From NCBI RefSeq assembly GCF_009914755.1, contig NC_060944.1: a stretch of 64,000 nucleotides of DNA, one strand, 5' to 3'. The translations under genes were made by a program, and so were the position numbers. The stretch comes from the human T2T-CHM13v2.0 reference genome, Homo sapiens. A model generated the notes under the pieces. That model made no database searches. It saw only the letters and a program-made list of their open reading frames with translations, and had not been told where the DNA came from. Shown here in pieces: positions 61,475-64,000 of the stretch. How positions within the stretch are numbered: the stretch's first letter is position 1; the number at the start of each line of letters is the position of its first letter.

Positions 61475-62340
61475 CTCGTGCCTCTCAAACTTGGATGTGC
61501 ATAGGAATCACCTGGGGTCTTTTTAAGATACAGATTATGATGCAGGAAGTCTGGGTGGAGCTTGAGACTGTATTTCTAACAAGCTACTCAGGGATGCAAA
61601 CTCTGTTCTTCCCTGGACTACACTTTGAATAGTGAGGTTTTGGCTGTTTGGCTGGATCTGATGCAGGGCCCTGATCCCATTACCATGGGGAAGGCAAGAG
61701 TCTCTGGCAGAGTGACACTAAACCAGTGCCCATTTTATAGGTAATTTCATGTGTGTGTGGTAGGAACAGAGGGAGGAGATGGAAAATTTAAGAGAGTGGT
61801 TTCAACCCCAGCTGCATATTAGAATCACTTGGTGAGCTTTAAAAAAAGTACTCTAGAATCCACATGAACCTATTTGAATGAAAAAACAAAACAAAACTCA
61901 AGGTGGGGGGAGCTGGTTCAAGCATTTTAAGAAACACTCCACGTGATCATAACCTGCAGCCCAAGATGAGTACCACTGTTCTAAAATAGTGGTTCTCCAA
62001 TGTTAAAATGTCTCAGAATCACCTAGAGGGCTTCTTAAATAAAGACTGCTGATCCCCACACCCAGAATTTCTGATTCAGTAAGTCTGCTGAGAGGCCTGA
62101 GAATTTTTTTTTTTTTTCTTGCTTGCTTGCTTTCTTTCTTTTTTTTTTTTTTTTAAGAGATAGAGTCTCATTCTTGCCCAAGCTGGCCTTCAACTTCCGG
62201 GCTCAAGCAATCCTCTCACTTCAGCCTCCCAGGAAGTTGGGTCTACAGGCATGCACAAGCACACCCAGCAATGCATTTCTAACAAGTCTTTAGGTGAAAC
62301 TAATGCTGCTGATCTGTGGGCCACACATTCAGAACTACTG
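61475..62340. mobile_element. Cluster of three MER5-family MITEs (~61475-61640, ~61795-61980, ~61985-62340)
   Basis: Each has a TCTCAAAC/TTTCAACC/TCTCCAAT-type start and GAATCACC(T); the first and third also have ATTTCTAACAAG. Confidence 0.8.
62104..62269 (-). mobile_element. FLAM Alu monomer inserted in the third MER5
   Basis: T-tail, then AGAGATAGAGTCTCA...GGGCTCAAGCAATCCTCTCAC...CAGGCATGCACAAGCACACCCAGC. Confidence 0.88.
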
Positions 62341-62359
62341 AACTATTATATAGAAAGTA

Positions 62360-62945
62360 ATTTATTCATTCATTTATTCAAGTGTTTGCAGAACCCTTAC
62401 AATGTGGCAGGAAGGATTTTAGATGCTGGGAATATAACAGTGAATAAGGCATGGTTCTTACCAGCTTAGAAATGGGGTGCACCAACTAATAAGCAGGTAG
62501 CACTGGACACATTCAGAAATACATAGGAGAGGCACCAATCTCAGGAAGTGATGTCCAGGGGGATACCTTAATGGTAAGTCAGAATTCATCACAAGGTAAG
62601 CTATTGTTGGGGGAGCAGCACAGGACAAGAGCGACTAAGGCAGAAGACCACATTCACATGGAGTGCAATCCCAAGTTCGTCTGAGCTCAGCTGTGGAGAC
62701 TTGGATGCTGGGAAGGGAAGGAGGAAGAGTGGGACTTTTAGACAGGCACAGCTGGAAAGATCAGCAGGAGCCAGATCACGAAGAACATGTACCATTCAAA
62801 CTTTATCCCAGGGACAGCAGAGCACCAGCGAAAGGTTTTAAGTAGGAAAGAAAATACTATTCTGGCCACAAGATGAAAAATAGAATGTAATTGAGAAAGG
62901 GAGACTGGTAGGTGGAAGAAAGGCAAGGCTATTGTCATTTTAAGA
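62360..62945 (-). mobile_element. L2 LINE, antisense
   Basis: TTTATTCATTCATTTATTCAAG...GATGCTGGGAATATAACAGTGAATAAG...GGAGCCAGATCACG...AGGTTTTAAGTAGG. Confidence 0.75.
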
Positions 62946-64000
62946 TGTTTACTTGCAAATTGTCTTAATGGTCTTTTTCTTAGACAACCAGATGTCAATC
63001 TGGCATCTTAGTGTTTGAAGTCTGGAATGGGCACAGGAGAGTAGAGTAAGAAGAATGGAGTCTTCCCATGATGGTGGGTGAAGAGGGGTGGGATAGAGTA
63101 GCCTCCTCAAGGGATTGATGCTTGGTCCAGAATCAGAGGTGACCATAAGAATTTAGGATTTATCTGAAACCTTATAAGCCATTTCAACAAATATTTAGCA
63201 ATAAACTTTGTCCAATTCTGTAATCTCAAGAAAGTCATCTGAGCTTAAAAACAATTGGCTGAGATGGATGTGCATTGCAGCTATTTAGGAATGTGGTAAT
63301 TAGAATATTGAAGGTGTTATCTGCCCATCAGTTGGGCAGTCATGGCCTGTCCTAATGCCAATCTCACTCTCTAGTCAGAACTAATGCTATTTCTGAGCCT
63401 CTTCTCAATATAATCAAAGAGATATGGGGCTGAAGGGGTAATGGAGGTTACCTTGTCTTCCTTCGTCATCTCAGGAAGAAATAAGGGCAGTGTACACATC
63501 TCCCTAAGTGTGGAAAACTATGACGACACCGGGTCTTTCTGACGTTTGTGTGGATTCACAAACTCCCAAAGCACCATATTATTTTTAAATTAGAAATTTC
63601 TGAACAGACAGAGGATTCAGAGCTCTCACAGCTAAATGCTAAGGAAATATTTATTGATGTCAGGATACTTTAAATTATGGCCTTCTCTCTCCTAAAATAT
63701 TTCCCAGCCGTCAAATTCGCCACCAAAGGAAATCCTTTGGCATTTCTAATGCCCTCTCTACTCCTAGAAGAATTTTGAGCTGCTTTTGGGGACAAAGATG
63801 TTCTACTTTTTTTTTTTTTTTAACAATTGGAAAGATAGGTGCATGTGTTGTTTTATTGATTTATTTAGACTATACATACTTGGTTTATACGTTACCTTAT
63901 TTAGGATTCACAGCAATGCCGTGGGGTAGGTTTTCATCATTTAAATTTTACAAAAGAGAAAATAACATTTGTAAAAGTCTGGCGTTCAAGATGGCACAGG

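Overview
Repeat-rich, AT-rich, CpG-poor simian-primate (human-like) genomic DNA. The AluS, THE1A, MER51A and L1P elements indicate the lineage. There is no CpG island, no recognisable host protein-coding exon, no tRNA/rRNA and no CRISPR. The only recognisable coding remnants are dead transposon ORFs (Tigger1 transposase 5' part, L1 ORF2 pieces). Much of the window is nested old repeats: L1M/L1P LINEs, L2, MIR, Tigger/MER2/MER8/MER5/MER33 DNA transposons, MaLR/ERVL/ERV1 solo LTRs and microsatellites. It looks like a long intron or gene desert. The most notable unexplained signals are: (1) a MIR carrying a perfect 24-bp inverted copy of its own core, giving a pre-miRNA-sized hairpin (44722-44790); (2) strong plus-strand splice signals, including a recursive-splice-like CAG|GTGAG site (34550), a 3'-terminal-exon-like unit with three AATAAA (49047-49320) and an 18-nt microexon-like unit (60487-60504), which together suggest a long plus-strand host transcript; (3) several fold-back or templated-duplication scars; (4) a twin-primed (5'-inverted) L1. 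Subfamily names come from recalled consensus sequences, not a RepeatMasker run, and boundaries of old repeats are approximate. I see no evidence of a new multi-gene system; the findings are hypotheses to test.
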